Origin: Eledone cirrhosa
Lineage: Eukaryota
Length of the DNA: 64,000 nucleotides
Direction of reading: 5' to 3'
Assembly (NCBI GenBank): GCA_964016885.1
Contig: OZ024741.1
Coordinates: forward strand, 339,698,001-339,762,000
Every line of letters starts with the position of its first letter. Within the stretch, counting starts at the first letter, position 1. A model generated the notes under the pieces. It searched no databases. It saw nothing but the letters and a program-made list of their open reading frames with translations, and had not been told where the DNA came from. Position numbers and translations under genes: made by a program. Shown in pieces: positions 1 through 13,372 of this stretch.

Positions 1-237
1 CACCACTAACACCACTAGCATCATCAACAACCCCAACAACAACAGCACAACACCACCACCACCAACAACAACACCACTACAACCACTACTAGCATCATCA
101 ACAACCCCAACAACAACAGCACAACACCACCACCACCAACAACAACACCACCACAACCACCACTAGCATCATCAACAACCCCAACAACAACAGCACAACA
201 CCACCACCACCACCACCACCACCACCACCACCACCAC
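1..237. repeat. (CAC/CAA)-rich compound repeat with a ~73-bp higher-order unit
   Basis: AGCATCATCAACAACCCCAACAACAACAGCACAACACC recurs near 18, 91 and 165, and the block ends in (CAC)n. Confidence 0.85.
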
Positions 238-401
238 GCTTGAAATTTGTCTAAGAGAGGAAATGCATTGTATGTATGTGTGAGTAAATGTTAAAGAGTT
301 ACAGACGCAAATGTAACTAAATAAATAAATATACAAACACACATGCAATATATATAGTCGTTGTCTAGCCTCACATGCATTGTAACCCTTATGTTAATAA
401 T

Positions 402-587
402 GGTTTCTACATTTGGCACAAGGCCAGCAATCAACCAGTACGTTACTCGTACTTTATTTTATCGACCCCGTAAGGATGAAAGACAAAGTTAACCTCGGCG
501 GGATTTGAACTCAGATCGTAAAGGGACGTAACTCTATGCTTCAAAGCATGGCGTCCGACTCTCTACCTATACTGCCAATCCACCGCC
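402..587 (-). mobile_element. tRNA-derived SINE (family A) with target-site duplication
   Basis: The minus strand reads GGCGGTGGATTGGCAGTATAGGTAGA (A-box-like), GAGTTCAAATCC (B box), core CTTTCATCCTTACGGGGTCGATAAAATAAAGTAC and tail GGCCTTGTGCC...AGAAACC. It is flanked by the direct repeat CCCTTATGTTAATAAT (386-401, 586-601). Confidence 0.9.
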
Positions 588-774
588 CTTATGTTAATAA
601 TATTTACTGTAGTATATACATTATCTGTCCAAACCTCACATGTATTCTAAACCTTATGTTTATGATGTTTTCTGTATTCTATATAACAGTATCTGTCCAG
701 CCCCACATATAATGTAATCCCTATTTTTATGTTTACTGTATTATATGTGCAAGGTATTGCTGCTAATAAAAAAA

Positions 775-775
<1 letters not shown>

Positions 776-832
<57 letters not shown>

Positions 833-1017
833 TTTATACTTCTTTTTGTTTCGCTTCATTTGTTCTCCCCCCCCTCTCCTTTGGCTTTTAAGCAAATGAA
901 CAGCAACCACCACCGCCGCCGCCCCCATCACAATAGCAACAATAATGAAAATATACATCAACAAATATAATATATGTTTATACATACACACACACATATA
1001 TATACATATACTTATAC

Positions 1018-1111
<94 letters not shown>

Positions 1112-1133
1112 ATATATATATATATATATATAT

Positions 1134-1173
<40 letters not shown>

Positions 1174-1231
1174 ATTTATATATGTATGTATATATATATA
1201 TACATATATATATGTGTATATATATATTTAT

Positions 1232-1264
<33 letters not shown>

Positions 1265-1270
1265 CATATA
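776..1270. repeat. (ATT)n at 776-831 and (TA)n/(CA)n at ~980-1270
   Basis: Direct inspection. These tracts explain the YIYI and poly-N ORFs. Confidence 0.95.
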
Positions 1271-1407
1271 CAGAAAGAGTGAGCTCTATACACACGTATC
1301 TATTTGCATGCGCGCTCACGCATATATGTAGTAAAAGCCAAATTCCTCTCTGTGTGAATAATGGCGGATTCTTTGAAACACAAGATACATACTCTTTCCA
1401 CCTTCCT

Positions 1408-1727
1408 AACCCCACCAACACCAAAAGCACAACCACTTCCAACACCACCACGACTACCAACACCACCAACATCATTACCTCCACCACCACCATCACTAAC
1501 CTCTACCATCACCAACACCAACACAAACACCATCATCCTCACCACAAACATCAAGAACTCCAATACCATCACCACCACCACCACCACCACTAAGACCACC
1601 ACCACCACCACCATTACTAACACCACCACCACCATCACTAACACCACCATCACCACTACCACCACCACACCACCACCACCATCACCACCACCATCACTAA
1701 CACCACCACCACCACCATTACTGCCAC
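1408..1727. repeat. degenerate (CAC)n microsatellite
   Basis: CAC/CAT/CAA triplet runs. Confidence 0.9.
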
Positions 1728-2239
1728 AAAGGTAACGTTTATAAAAAAATATTTAAAAAAATATCATCTTCAATATTTGTTTTTGTTATAATTGAGTTTT
1801 TTTTTTCTAAAGAAAAAATATCGATCTGTTAATTTTTAATCCATTAGACCCCCCACCCCTCTCTTCAAAACAAAGTAACCCACCCACCCCTCACAAAAAA
1901 TGGAAAGAACAAAACAAGAAAACAAGAAAACAAGAAGAAAGAAAAACCCATAATAGTGTTTATTTATGAGTGTGTATTTGTTTATTTGTGAAGGTATCAT
2001 GCATAAATTTGCATTTGTTGTTCCTCATTAAGTGACACTAATTGTGACAGGATGTAATGTGAAACCTTGCTGTCGTTCATACATAAGAGGGGAATAGGGA
2101 AGTGATGGAATGGAAGGGAGGAAAGGGGAATGGATCTCCGTCGCTTACAACGAGGAGTGTTATAGTTGTTCAAGTAAAGGAACTACTCGTGAAATTAAGT
2201 GGATGAGTAATTTACAGACACGTGTACTAGTATGGTAAT

Positions 2240-4335
2240 TTATGTTGTGTCGTGGTGTGTTGTGGTGTGTTGTGCTGTGCTGTGATGTGTTGTGTTGTTT
2301 GGTGTTGTGTTGTTTTGTGATGTGTTGTGATGTGTTGTTTTGTGATGTGTCGTATTGTGGTATGTTGTGGTGTGTTGTGATGTGTTGAGATGTGTTGTGT
2401 TGTGTTGTGTTGTGATGCATCGTGTTGTGTTGTGTTGTGCTGTGTTGTGTTGTGATGCGTTGTGTTGTGATGTATTGTGTTGTGTTGTGCTGTGTTGTGT
2501 TTTGTTGTGTTGTGGTGTGTTGTGTTGTGTTTTGTTGTGTTGTGTTGTTGTGGTGTGTTGTGTTTACTTGGGGTGTCGTGTGTTGTGTTGTGTTGTGTTG
2601 TGTTTTGTTGCGTTGTGTTGTGTTATTGTGGTGTGTTGTGTTTACTTGGGGTGTGTTTTGGTGTGTTGTGTTGTGTTGTGTTGTGCTGTGTTGTGTTTTG
2701 TTGTGTTGTGGTGTGTTGTGTTTTGTTGCGTTGTGTTGTGTTGTGTTTACTTGGGGTGTTTACTTGGAGTGTCTTGTGTTGTGTTGTGTTGTGTTTTGGT
2801 GTGTTGTGTCGTGTTGTGGTGTGTTGTGTTTTGTTGTGGTGTGTTGTGATGTGTTGTGTTGTGTTGTGGTGTGTTGTGGTGTGTTGTGTTGTGTTGTGTT
2901 GTGTTTTGTTGTGGTGTGTTGTGGTGTATTGTGGTGTGTCGTGTTGTGTTGTGTTGTGTTCTGTTGTGTTGTGTCGTGTCGTGTTGTGTTGTGTTGTGTT
3001 GTGTTGTGGAGTGTTGTGTTATGTTGTGGTGTGTTGTGTTGTGTCGTGTCGTGTTGTGTTGTGTTGTGTTGTGTTCTGTTGTGTTGAGTCGTGTCGTGTT
3101 GTGTTGTGTTGTGTTGTGTTGTGGAGTGTTGTGTTTTGTTGTGGTTTGTTGTGTTGTGATGTGTTGTGTTGTGTTGGGGTGTGATGTGTTGTGCTGTGTT
3201 GGGGTGTGTTGTGTTGTGATGTATTGTGTTGTGTTGTTGTATGTTGTGTTGTGTTGTGTTGTGCTGCGTTGTGTTGTGTTGTGTTGCGTTGTGTTGTGGA
3301 GTGTTGTGTTGTGTTGTGCTGTGTTTTGTTGTGTTGTTGTATGTTGTGTTGTGTTTTGTTGCGTTGTGTTGTGTTGTTGTGGTGTGTTGTGTTTACTTGT
3401 GGTGTGTTGTGCTGTGTTGTGTTGTGTTGTGTTGTGGTGTGTTGTGTCCTGTCGTGTTGTGTTGTGGTGTGTTGTGGTGTGTTGTATTGTGTTGTGTTGT
3501 GATGTGGTGTGTTGTGTTTTGTTGTTGTGTGTTGTGATGTGTTGCGTTGTGTTGTGTTGTGGTGTGTTGTGTTGTGTTGTGTTGTGTTGTGTTGTGTTGT
3601 GGTGTGTTGTGTTTTGTTGTGGTGTGTTGTGGTGTATTGTGGTGTGTTGTGTTGTGTTGTGATGTGTTGTGTTGTGTTGTGTCGTATTGTGTTATGTTGT
3701 GTTGTGGTGTGTTGTGATGTGTTGTGTTGTGTTGTGGTGTATTGTGTTGTGTTTTGGTGTGTTGTGTTTTGTTGTGCTATGTCGTGGTGTGTTGTGGTGT
3801 GTTGTGTTGTGTTGTGATGTGTTGTGTCGTGTTGTGGTGTGTTATGTTGCATTGTGTTGTTTTGTGATGTATGTGTTGTGGTGTGTTGTGTTGTTTTGTG
3901 ATGTATGTGTTGTCTTGTGCTGTGTTGTGTTGCGTTGTGCTGTGTTGTGTTGTAGTGTGTTGTGTTGTGTTGTAATGTATGTGTTGTGTTTTGTTGTGGT
4001 GTGTTGTGTTGTGTCGTGTTGTGTTGTGGTGTGTTGTGTTGTGTGATGTTGTGTTGTGGTGTGTTGTGTTGTTTGGTGTAATGTTGTTTGGCGTTGTGTT
4101 GTGTTGTTTGGTGTTGTGTTGTGTTGTTGGGTGTTGTGTTGTGTTGTGTTGTGATGTGTTTTGTTGTGTTGCTTGGTGTTGTGTTGCGTTGTTTGGGGTT
4201 GTGATACTTCGTATTGTGATGTTTTATGTTGTGCCGTGTTGTTTGGCGTCGTGTCGTTCTGTGTTTTGTTGTGATGTTTCCTGTTGTGTTGTTTTATGTT
4301 GTGCAGTGTTGTTTGGTGTTGTGTTTTATTGTGCT
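2240..4335. repeat. ~2.1-kb degenerate (GTGTT)n pentanucleotide satellite
   Basis: GTGTT/GTGGT/GTGAT units throughout, with a recurrent variant GTTTACTTGGGG. This array is the source of all C/V/L-rich ORFs. Confidence 0.97.
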
Positions 4336-4852
4336 ATATGTGTTGAATTTTGTCGTTATAAACGCCCCCTCTCTCTCACATACCCTGTCTCTTTCCGATA
4401 CCCCCTTTCTCTCTCCGATTCCCACACACTCTCTCTCTCTTCTATACCTCAATCTCTGTCTTCCGCTTCATTCCTCTCTTTCTCTCTCTTTCCTCTCTTC
4501 TCGGTCCGTTTCTTTTCTATTTCCGATGCATCAACATTTCAATCGCGGTTGAAGGAAGGGGAGAGGTAGAACAAAGGGGACAAGTAGTTATATATGAAGA
4601 AGGAGGAGGAAGTGAAGCCCATTTTTGAAGTGAGGCGGGGGTTCTTTATCATCCGTTACACCCTACCTCTAGGACTGTGTTTGCCATCTTCCTTTTTTCC
4701 CCTGTTTTACTATTTTTCCATATAAACCCATTACATAACCACCACTACATCCAACATCACAAATAAAAGATTTCCATGACCTCAGTTATGAATAATTTCA
4801 ACTTTCATCTGACTTTGTTTTTTTGCTTTTTGAAAGGGATGAATTGTTTAAT

Positions 4853-4856
<4 letters not shown>

Positions 4857-4899
<43 letters not shown>

Positions 4900-4931
4900 T
4901 GCTTCTGCGGCTGCTGCTGCTGCTGCTGCTG

Positions 4932-5018
<87 letters not shown>

Positions 5019-5024
5019 TTGCTG

Positions 5025-5120
<96 letters not shown>

Positions 5121-5131
5121 TTATTATTATT
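4857..5131. repeat. compound (CTG)n/(CTA)n/(TTA)n microsatellite
   Basis: Direct inspection. Confidence 0.95.
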
Positions 5132-8100
5132 GTTATTTTTATTTTCTTTCATTATTGTTTCTGAGATATATGCCGAGTGTCTTCCTGACACCTAGTGCAA
5201 ATAAATTCACAGTGTGCATTGGTAAGCCAGTTAATACAGCACATTGATTATAATTTAAAAAAAAACAAAAAAAAAAAACAGTATACATATATACATATGT
5301 GCATATGCATATGTAAATACAAGGAGGGATATCAATGTTCAGAGATAGTGCTCTTCTCAATACGTGTGCAGTACCAGTCAAAACAATTTTTTGCACCTCG
5401 TGCAGAGAGGGTAAACCAGGAATCATTCGCAAATATTGTTCTGTTCCTTTCTTGATCATTCCCAGTCCTCCCACAATCACTGGTATTGTAACGGCTTTGA
5501 GGTGCCACATTTTCTCAATTTCAATAAGCAGATCTTCATATTTTCGTAGCTTGTCAAATTATTTTGCCGCAATATTGTGATCACATGGGATGCTCGTATA
5601 TATCAACAAACAGACCTTGTTATGTTGATCTTTTATAATGATGTCAGGTCTATTTGCTTTTATGGTCCTTTTCGTGTGTACAGGAAAGTCCCAGAGAATT
5701 GTTACTTTTTCTCCTTCAGTTACAGCCTCAGGGTGATGATTGTACCACTTGTCTTCAGCTTTGATTTTGTAATGCCGACATATTACCCAGTGTAGATATT
5801 GGCCAACTCTGTCATGTCTATATTTTTATTCTACTGGTGCTAAAACTTTACATCCAAAGACTAAGTGATCCACTGTTTCAACCCCAGCATTGCAGAATCG
5901 GCACTTTGGGTTTATTCCGTTTCTCATCATATTGGCCTGGTAATTACGAGTCAATAAGCTTTGATCTTGGGCAGCTAAGATGAAGCCTTCACTCTCCGCC
6001 TTTAGCCCTGAACTACGTAGCCACTGATGGGTGTACTTTTGGTCAACATCAGCTTGTTTGCTACGGGCTACATATTTGCCATGCAGAGGTTTCTGCTCCC
6101 AATTTGATGCTAATTGTCCTTGCCCTTTTTCTTTTGCCAGTGATTTTATGTGCCTAGCAGAATCAGTTGCAACAGTTTCTTTAGTCTGTCCAGCCTGGGT
6201 ATCAAACATGAAATCAGTAGCATATGTTTTGCACTCCTTCAAGATAGAATGAAGCTTCTTACTTCTCTCATGCTTTTCAACAGGTTTCAGCATACAGTCA
6301 TTAGTTGTTTCAAGGTATTTGGCCAGTCCAATGATGGTGGTCTTGTAAGCAAGTTCAAATTGGATCAGGCCACGGCCTCCTTGAGTTCTAGGAAGGTAAA
6401 GACGATCCACATCTGCTTTTGGGTGGTGCATCTTATTACAGATTATGGACTTTGGAGTCGATTCTTTTGATTTCACTCATATTCCAGTTCAACACCGAAG
6501 CTATAAGTCACAACTGGGACTGCCAAGGAATTTATGGCTAGCACCTTGTTACGAGCGTTTAGGTCTGATCTCAGAACTGCACGTACTCTCCTGTAACATT
6601 CTTTCCTTATCCTCTCTTTCATACTTGCATGCTGTATGCCAGAATCCTCATTAATCCCTAAGTATTTATAGGTTTGCCCCTGATCAAGTTCCTTTATGAT
6701 TGTTTCAGCATCCAATTCAACTGAGTCTGAATTGACAAGCTTCCCTTTCTTGAAAGTGGCTTTTGCACACTTGTCAAGTCCAAACTCCATCCTGTTGTCA
6801 TCGCTAAAAGTTTTAACTGTCCGCAAAAGGCCTTCCAATTCGTCATTATCTTTGCAATATAACTTCAAATCATCCATATAAAATAGGTGGCTTATTTTTT
6901 TGTTGTCAATTCTATAACCGTACCCTGTTCTATTAAGCTCGGATGTAAGGGGTATTAAAGCTATGCAGAAAAGCAAGGGTGAAAGTGAGTCACCCTGGAA
7001 TATACCACAGTTGATGTTTATATTCCTAGAGCACAGTATCCCAGTGGAATGAGACAATTGGAGATTTGTGTTCCATAATGACATATTGTGTTTCAGGAAG
7101 TTTGAGATCACAGGTGAGACTTTGAAGATGTCCAGTGATTTCAGAATCCATGAGTGTGGTATGCTGTCAAAGGCTTTTTTATAATCCATCCATGCAGAAC
7201 TGAGATTTCTGTGTTTATTATGACAGTTCTCAAGGATCATACGATTAATCAAAAGTTGATCTTTGCAACCATATGAACCTCGTCGGCACCCTTTTTGTTC
7301 AATGGGGAAAAGATTGTTCTCCTCCAAAAACACGTATGCTTTTTCCATGAGAATAGAGGTTAATAGTTTATAAGTGGTGGACAAGCAGGTTATGGGCCGA
7401 TAGTTTTTTGGATCTTTGGTTTCGCTGTTATTTGGTAGAAGGTAGGTAATGCCACTTGTTATCCAATCAGGTGTATTTTTTGGATCTTTCATAATTCCAT
7501 TAAACAGCTTGACCAATATATTGTGAGTGCACGGGAGTGAGGAAAGCCAGAAATTTGGCACCCTGTCTCTACCAGGAGATTTCCATTTATGAGATTTATT
7601 GAGTGTGTCCTTAAGTCCACTATAGAGATGTCTTCCCACACCTGTTCTTCTAAATTTGTGTAGGATTTTTCCAGGCGACTAATCCAATCTACATTAGCAT
7701 TATATGTCTTCTCATCACTCCAAATCTTACTCCAGAAGTTTTCTTCCTACTTCTCTATAAAAGTTTTTTCTTCCTACTTCTCTATAAAATAACTTGGCAT
7801 TCGATGAGAACAATTTATTTTGCCTGTAGAAGTTGTTTCGCTTCTCGAATCTACGAATTCGTTGGGCTTTTACTTGGACTTTTTGTTTCAGAGATTCTTT
7901 TGTTGAAACTATTGCTTCTCTAGAAGACAGTCCATATTTTCTCCTTAGTTTTCTTACCTTCTTGGCTCTATATATCATTTCCAGCGGTTAACTCACTCAA
8001 TAAAGATATTTCTCCTCTCATTGCGTCAATCTCCCTTTCGATTCTACTCCTCCAAATTGGTTTACCTCGAAGGTTCGACTTTTTTTTTTTTTTTTTTTTG

Positions 8101-8326
8101 TGGTAAACAACTTGTTTCAATTACTCTAGCAGATGCATAAATGATTTCATTTAACTCAGTAAGATCAGGTTCTAGTTCTTCTATGATTTCTTTTGTCACA
8201 GAATTACCAATCATTATTTGTTTTCTATTTTGGATTGTATTTGGGAGTTTTTGAAGTGGTTCTCTATCATTTATACTAGAATGTCTTACTACTGCAAGCT
8301 CATTTAGTATTTTTTGCTTTAATTCC
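5132..8326 (-). mobile_element. R4/Dong-like RLE non-LTR retrotransposon, 5'-truncated and frameshifted
   Basis: RT in ORF 6473-7639: WKSPGRD, NYRPITCL, EQKGCRRGSYGCKDQL, DYKKAFDS, GIFQGDSLSPLLF, YMDDLKL. ORF 5826-6476 has DRLYLPRTQGGRGL, AAQDQ and the CRFC..ETVDHL..C knuckle. The RLE region near 5340-5650 reads RPDIII...IPVIVGGLG...LTGTAHVLRRALS. (AAT)n lies on both sides. Confidence 0.92.
6473..7639 (-). pseudogene. reverse transcriptase domain of the R4/Dong-like LINE
   Basis: 388-aa open frame with non-LTR RT motifs including YMDD. Neighbouring segments are in other frames. Confidence 0.92.

Positions 8327-8397
<71 letters not shown>
8327..8397. repeat. (TTA)n separating the 5' ends of two divergent LINEs
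   Basis: Perfect TTA run of about 24 units between ...AATTCC and GGCGACC. Confidence 0.97.
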
Positions 8398-8611
8398 GGC
8401 GACCTACGTAGTAAATCGTATCATCGTGAGCTCCGCAAAGGTTTGTTATTTTCAGTTGTTTAAAATTGCCATTCATGGAAAATTTTTATTGTTAACTGTA
8501 TATAAGTGCACATACATTGTTATCTGAAAAGGACACCCAAAAAGATTGGGGCCTTGAGCCCAAAATTTAAACTTTTATAATTATCAAACAAAAATTTTTC
8601 TTTGAAAAATC

Positions 8612-10437
8612 ATGGCTGACTCAGAGTCACACCTTTCTCACAAACTAACACCTCACACCGACACCACCATTGTAAATATTACTACGTTTGCCAACACTAA
8701 AAATATAAGCAGTAGCAATATTTTAAATTTGTCTCAGGCAGACATTCATCTCCCGCCATTACCAATGACTGCAGGTGTTAAAGCCGCCACCACCACCGCG
8801 ACAACCCCCACCCCCACCACCACCGCGACAACAGAAACAAAAGAAAAAAATAAATTAACTTGTGATATCGAAATGAATTCAACCAAAATGAACTCTTCCA
8901 CATCGAACACCACTGACGCCACCGCCACCACAACTGAAACTAAAATTAATAATAACAAAAATAACGATAACAACAACAACAACAATGACATTAAGAAAAC
9001 CACCCTGAGTTTTGCCAGAGTAGCAAAACAGTGCGAAGCATTTCAGGTAACTCAAGAGGAATTAGAAGAAGCCAAACAAATGGTAAAGAAAGATGGGTAC
9101 TGGGTCAGCCTCACCCCCACCCCCACCTAATAAAATGGAGCATCGGCACCTATGCACCGTGTCTTATCGAACAATTAATATAAAATCGCGCCGAGTGGAA
9201 CGGGCATCCGAGTCCCAAATCCAAAAATCTTTGGGACATCTGTGGGCAAAAAAACCCCACATCAGACGTGGGCAGAAGTATGGAACCGTGGACGTGTTCT
9301 TTGAAACACCACAGGAGGCTAGAGAACACTCCATGGCCCCATTAAGAAGTGACGATTTCACACTCGTCCCAAGCTATTGTGGCCATAGACTCGTAAAGAT
9401 CAGGGTCACCCACGTTCCACCGGCCATCGAAATTCCGTGGCTGATAGCTGCCGTCATCGCCGGCATCGAAGCCAACACCAAGATAATCGAAATAGCGAAA
9501 GAAAAGCAGGAGAACTGGTCCGGATCTGGGATGGAGCTTCTGATTCAAGCAGACCAAAAAAGCATTGAGATCTCAGAGGTAATAGACCTCACTGACGGCA
9601 GCCACCTCACCGTAATTGTCGAGGGCAGAAGGCCTAGGTGTGTCGTTTGTGGTGAAGGAACCCACCTAAGGGCTTTCTGCCCTCAGGCTAAAAGGTTGAG
9701 GCCACCTCTCCTACCCACCCCAGTGACTCAACCATCAACACCACCAGCACCTACACCATCCACCACGCCACCACGCCACAACCAAAACTAACGCCTGTGG
9801 AGGATTTTCCACTCCCCGGCCTATCACCACTGGAGACAGATTGTGACGACAAGGAGTGGGAAACGGTATCAGGAAAAAAGGAAAAAAGAAACCATAAAAG
9901 AAAAAATTCTCTTCCTTCCCCCTCCAAAAACAAAATACAGAGGGAAACAAATAAACTATCAAACAAAAAAGTTAGGACAGATATGCCACCATCCACACCA
10001 GCATCACCAACCCCATCACCCCAAACACCAACACCATCACCATCATTAACCCCAACACCACCATCACCTACACCACAAAAGTCACCAAAAAGCGAAACAG
10101 AAACAAACCCACAACAAACGCAAACAAAACAAAACAACCAAAACGATACACACTACACAGCATTAAATTTGAACAACAAGCAATGATTACACTACATCCA
10201 ACACAACACCAGCATCACAAAAAAAGACTATACAACAACCCAAAAGTTCACACCACCTCCACACATACAAATCACTCGCATCATACAGAAAACGTACATG
10301 ACACTAAAACAAAAAATCCCCAAAGACATCGGAGACTTCCGACAAGCACTCTCCAGGTGGATTTATAAGGACATCCTTCCTGAGGAGGCTACAAGCAGTG
10401 AAAAGGATGGACAAATGTCCTTCCTCTACGAGAAGTA
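8612..10437 (+). pseudogene. ORF1 (gag-like nucleic-acid-binding protein), broken into frames 8612-9130, 9093-9791, 9797-10186 onward
   Basis: LSFARVA motif, RRM-like VDVFF / VKIRVTHVPP segment, VIVEGRRPR-CVVCGEGTHLRAFC (CX2CX4HX4C), then P/T-rich and basic tail (EWETVSGKKEKR). The 3' end is approximate. Confidence 0.8.
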
Positions 10438-10477
10438 AGGTAAGTGGTCTTTCCCATCTTTTCCACTCGATTTCAAC

Positions 10478-13372
10478 ATGACCTCACTCAGAATAGGCAG
10501 CATAAATGCGCGTGGCTTGGGATCGTCATGGAAGCAGGGCCACCTGTTCAACGACCTCAGGTCACTAAACATAGATATAGTGGCCATCAGCGAGACCAGA
10601 ATCTCCGAAGCACGGGCCTTCGCACCGATCTTCGGCGGCTACGATGTGTACGCATCTCCCAGCCGTCCGGGATCGGGGGGAGGAGTTGCTGTGCTTTTTC
10701 GGAGAGGTTTGGATCTCGCCATATGGTCCTAGACATGACCAGCCGAGACGGGCAAGCTTTCAGGCTAGTGGCCGTCTATGCCCCGACAGGAGCAGGGCCG
10801 CCTGATTTCTTCCGGCGTCTGGAGACCTTTCTTGGAACGTCCCGCACTTTAGTGTTAGTGGGCGACTGGAACGGGATCTTAGATGCACGCTCGGACTGTG
10901 TGGGATTAGCGGATAGGGGAGGAGGGTGCAAGAGCCTCACCAACCTGCTCAGTCGTTTTGAACTGTCTTCAATGCAAAGCACGCGTTGTCAGAGCTAGGG
11001 TGCGTGCTCTCAGACACAAGGGGACGAAAGCCGTTCAATGGGCCCGAGTAGCGGAGGCGCGTCGTGGCAACAAAGCCAAGATCCGGTTTTTGGTGGACCA
11101 CGACGGGCGCATGCTACTCGATCCCCGGGCAAATGTGTGAAGCTTTTCAGCAACACTTCGCTCAGTTGTTCGGGGGCAGCGGCGGGCCGGATCGAGGGAT
11201 GGACTTTAGTGTCTACCTCGACGGACTGCCGCGGCTCTAGGCCACTGAGGCGGAGTGTTGCGAAAAGCCGATAACAGCCGCTGAAGTACGGGAGGCTATG
11301 ACTAGCTGCACAAGGGGTAAATCGCCTAGTTTGGATGGTCTGCCCTATGAACTTTACGTACAGATGCCAGACTTGTTCGGAGGCCTCTTGGCGGACGTCT
11401 ACTGCAACTGGTAACAGAATGGGAGAATTCCCAGCTCTGTGAGCCGTGGAGCTGTGGCGCTGCTGAGAAAGGATCCGAACAAGGGGGATAACATAGATAA
11501 TTTTAGGCCCATAACTCTGCTAAACACAGAGTTCAAGATTTTGGCCAAGGTGCTAGCAAAGAGGTTGGCGCTTGTCGTTGGTGGTCTGGTGGGAGAGGCG
11601 CAGACATGCGCCATTCCCGACAGATCCATCCACGACAACCTCCACCTCATGCGATATATCGTAGAGAGGGTAGCTAGGGAACCTGGCACCGGTGGGTCCT
11701 TGATCAATTTAGATCAGTCGAAAGCTTTCGATAGGGTCGACCATCGTTACCTAACGGCAGTCCTGAGGGCGGCTGGCTTTGGGCCCGTCTTCAGAGGCTG
11801 GATCGCTGCCATGCACAGCGACATCTGCTCTGTGGTGAGAGTGAACGGTCACCTTTCGGAACCGTTCAACATCATGCGCTCGGTCCGCCAAGGATGTCCC
11901 CTCTCGTCCCTCTTGTACGTAATGACTCTCGAGCCATTACTGCACAAACTGGAGACGTTGAGGGGGTCCCGCTCGAACTAGGATGCGGAAGATCCGTGTC
12001 AGCATATGCGGACGATGTCACCGTAGTGGTGTCGAACGCCAAACACATCGAGGCGATCGGCACTACACTAAGAGAATACGAAGCGGTGACAGGAGCAATG
12101 ATCAACAAGGAAAAGTCAGTGGGCCTGCCGCTCGGCACCTGGAGAAGCAGGTCCATGCCGTCCAACAGCATCGTCGGGCGCTGGACGGACGGACCAGTTA
12201 AATTGCTTGGAGTCTGGTTCGGTCCGGATCTCCAGACGAACAAAAACTGGGACGAGGTGACGAGCATGGTGGCGTCTCTCACCCAGAAATGGACCGAGAG
12301 GAAGCTATCCCTGAAAGGTCGAGCAGAGGTGGCCAACGCGTACATCGCGTCCGTCATCTAGTACCACCTGACCGTCGTACCTTGTCCTAAGCTCCGCCTG
12401 ACTGCGCTGGAGCGTTTGCTCTTTCGCTTTTTGTGGAAGGGACGCGCTCCGATGGTCAGGCGGTCCATCTGCTGTCAACACCCGCTACGTGGAGGGTTGG
12501 GCATGCCGTGGCTGATGATGCGCAGACACGCGCTCAGGCTACGACATCTCCACTTCTTCCTCGACGGTGATCAGGTGTGGTCTCCGTTTGCTAGACGCGT
12601 CTTTCCCCAGCTCGTCTCCTTGACGGAGCTGCAGTCCTGGGTCAAGCGAAGACCGAGAGGGAGCGCTTGGAGACTGGAATGTCTTCAGGCGCTCACAGCC
12701 CTCGACCAATCGGGCAATGTGATCGCTGGAAACTCCACCTTGGCGTTCTATAGAGGATTAGTGGAGGGGAAGAGCGACGACGTACTTGGGGAAAATCTAG
12801 GCGTCGATGAAAATCAACTAGCCAATCTCTTCGGAAGAACTTTCGGGCCGGGGCCTATGGACAACTTCCAGAAATCCCTGGCCTGGCAGTGCTACCGAGG
12901 AGCTTTGCCAGTTCGGGATAAACTCTGCAGGCATGGAGGTGCCGTCAGCCGGGCATGTCCGAGATGCGCGCAGGGCGACGAAACCGTCCTGCACGCACTC
13001 GTCCAGTGTCCGAGCATTGCTGACTTGTGGGTTTATGTCGAACACCTGCTGTCGCGTGTAGGACGGATCCAGCTATCAGCTGAGTCCATCGTGAGGATTG
13101 CCCCGCCCTCTTCCTTTAGCCGGGAAGGGCAGGCAGTTTTTATCTGTCTGGTGGCCATGGCGAAAGAGATAGTATGGTGGACGCGTTTAAAAGGGCTGAA
13201 GACGAGCACTTACCTCTTAGGTGATGCCCTGATTAACTTTTTCAAATTTCATTTAAAAAGGAAAATCAGGGTAGAAAGGGAAGTGCTCTCTTCCCAGCAT
13301 TTTGTTGAAAGATGGGTGAGAGAGGCAAGAATGGCCCGAGTGAATGGGCCTACTCTGAGTATGTGTCTGTAA
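10478..13372 (+). pseudogene. ORF2: APE endonuclease (C-terminal half deleted near 10965) + RT + C-terminal Cys/His domain
   Basis: APE: IGSINARGL, ISETR, VAVYAP, LVGDWN. RT: NFRPITLLNTEFKILAK, LDQSKAFDRVDH, SVRQGCPLS, AYADDV. C-terminus: CPRCAQGDETVLHALVQC. Several stops and frameshifts. Confidence 0.93.

Noticed and set aside
647-4569. Long ORFs rich in YI, T/H/P or C/V/L
   Set aside because: They are translations of (TA)n, (CAC)n and (GTGTT)n, open in several frames on both strands, with no domain signal.
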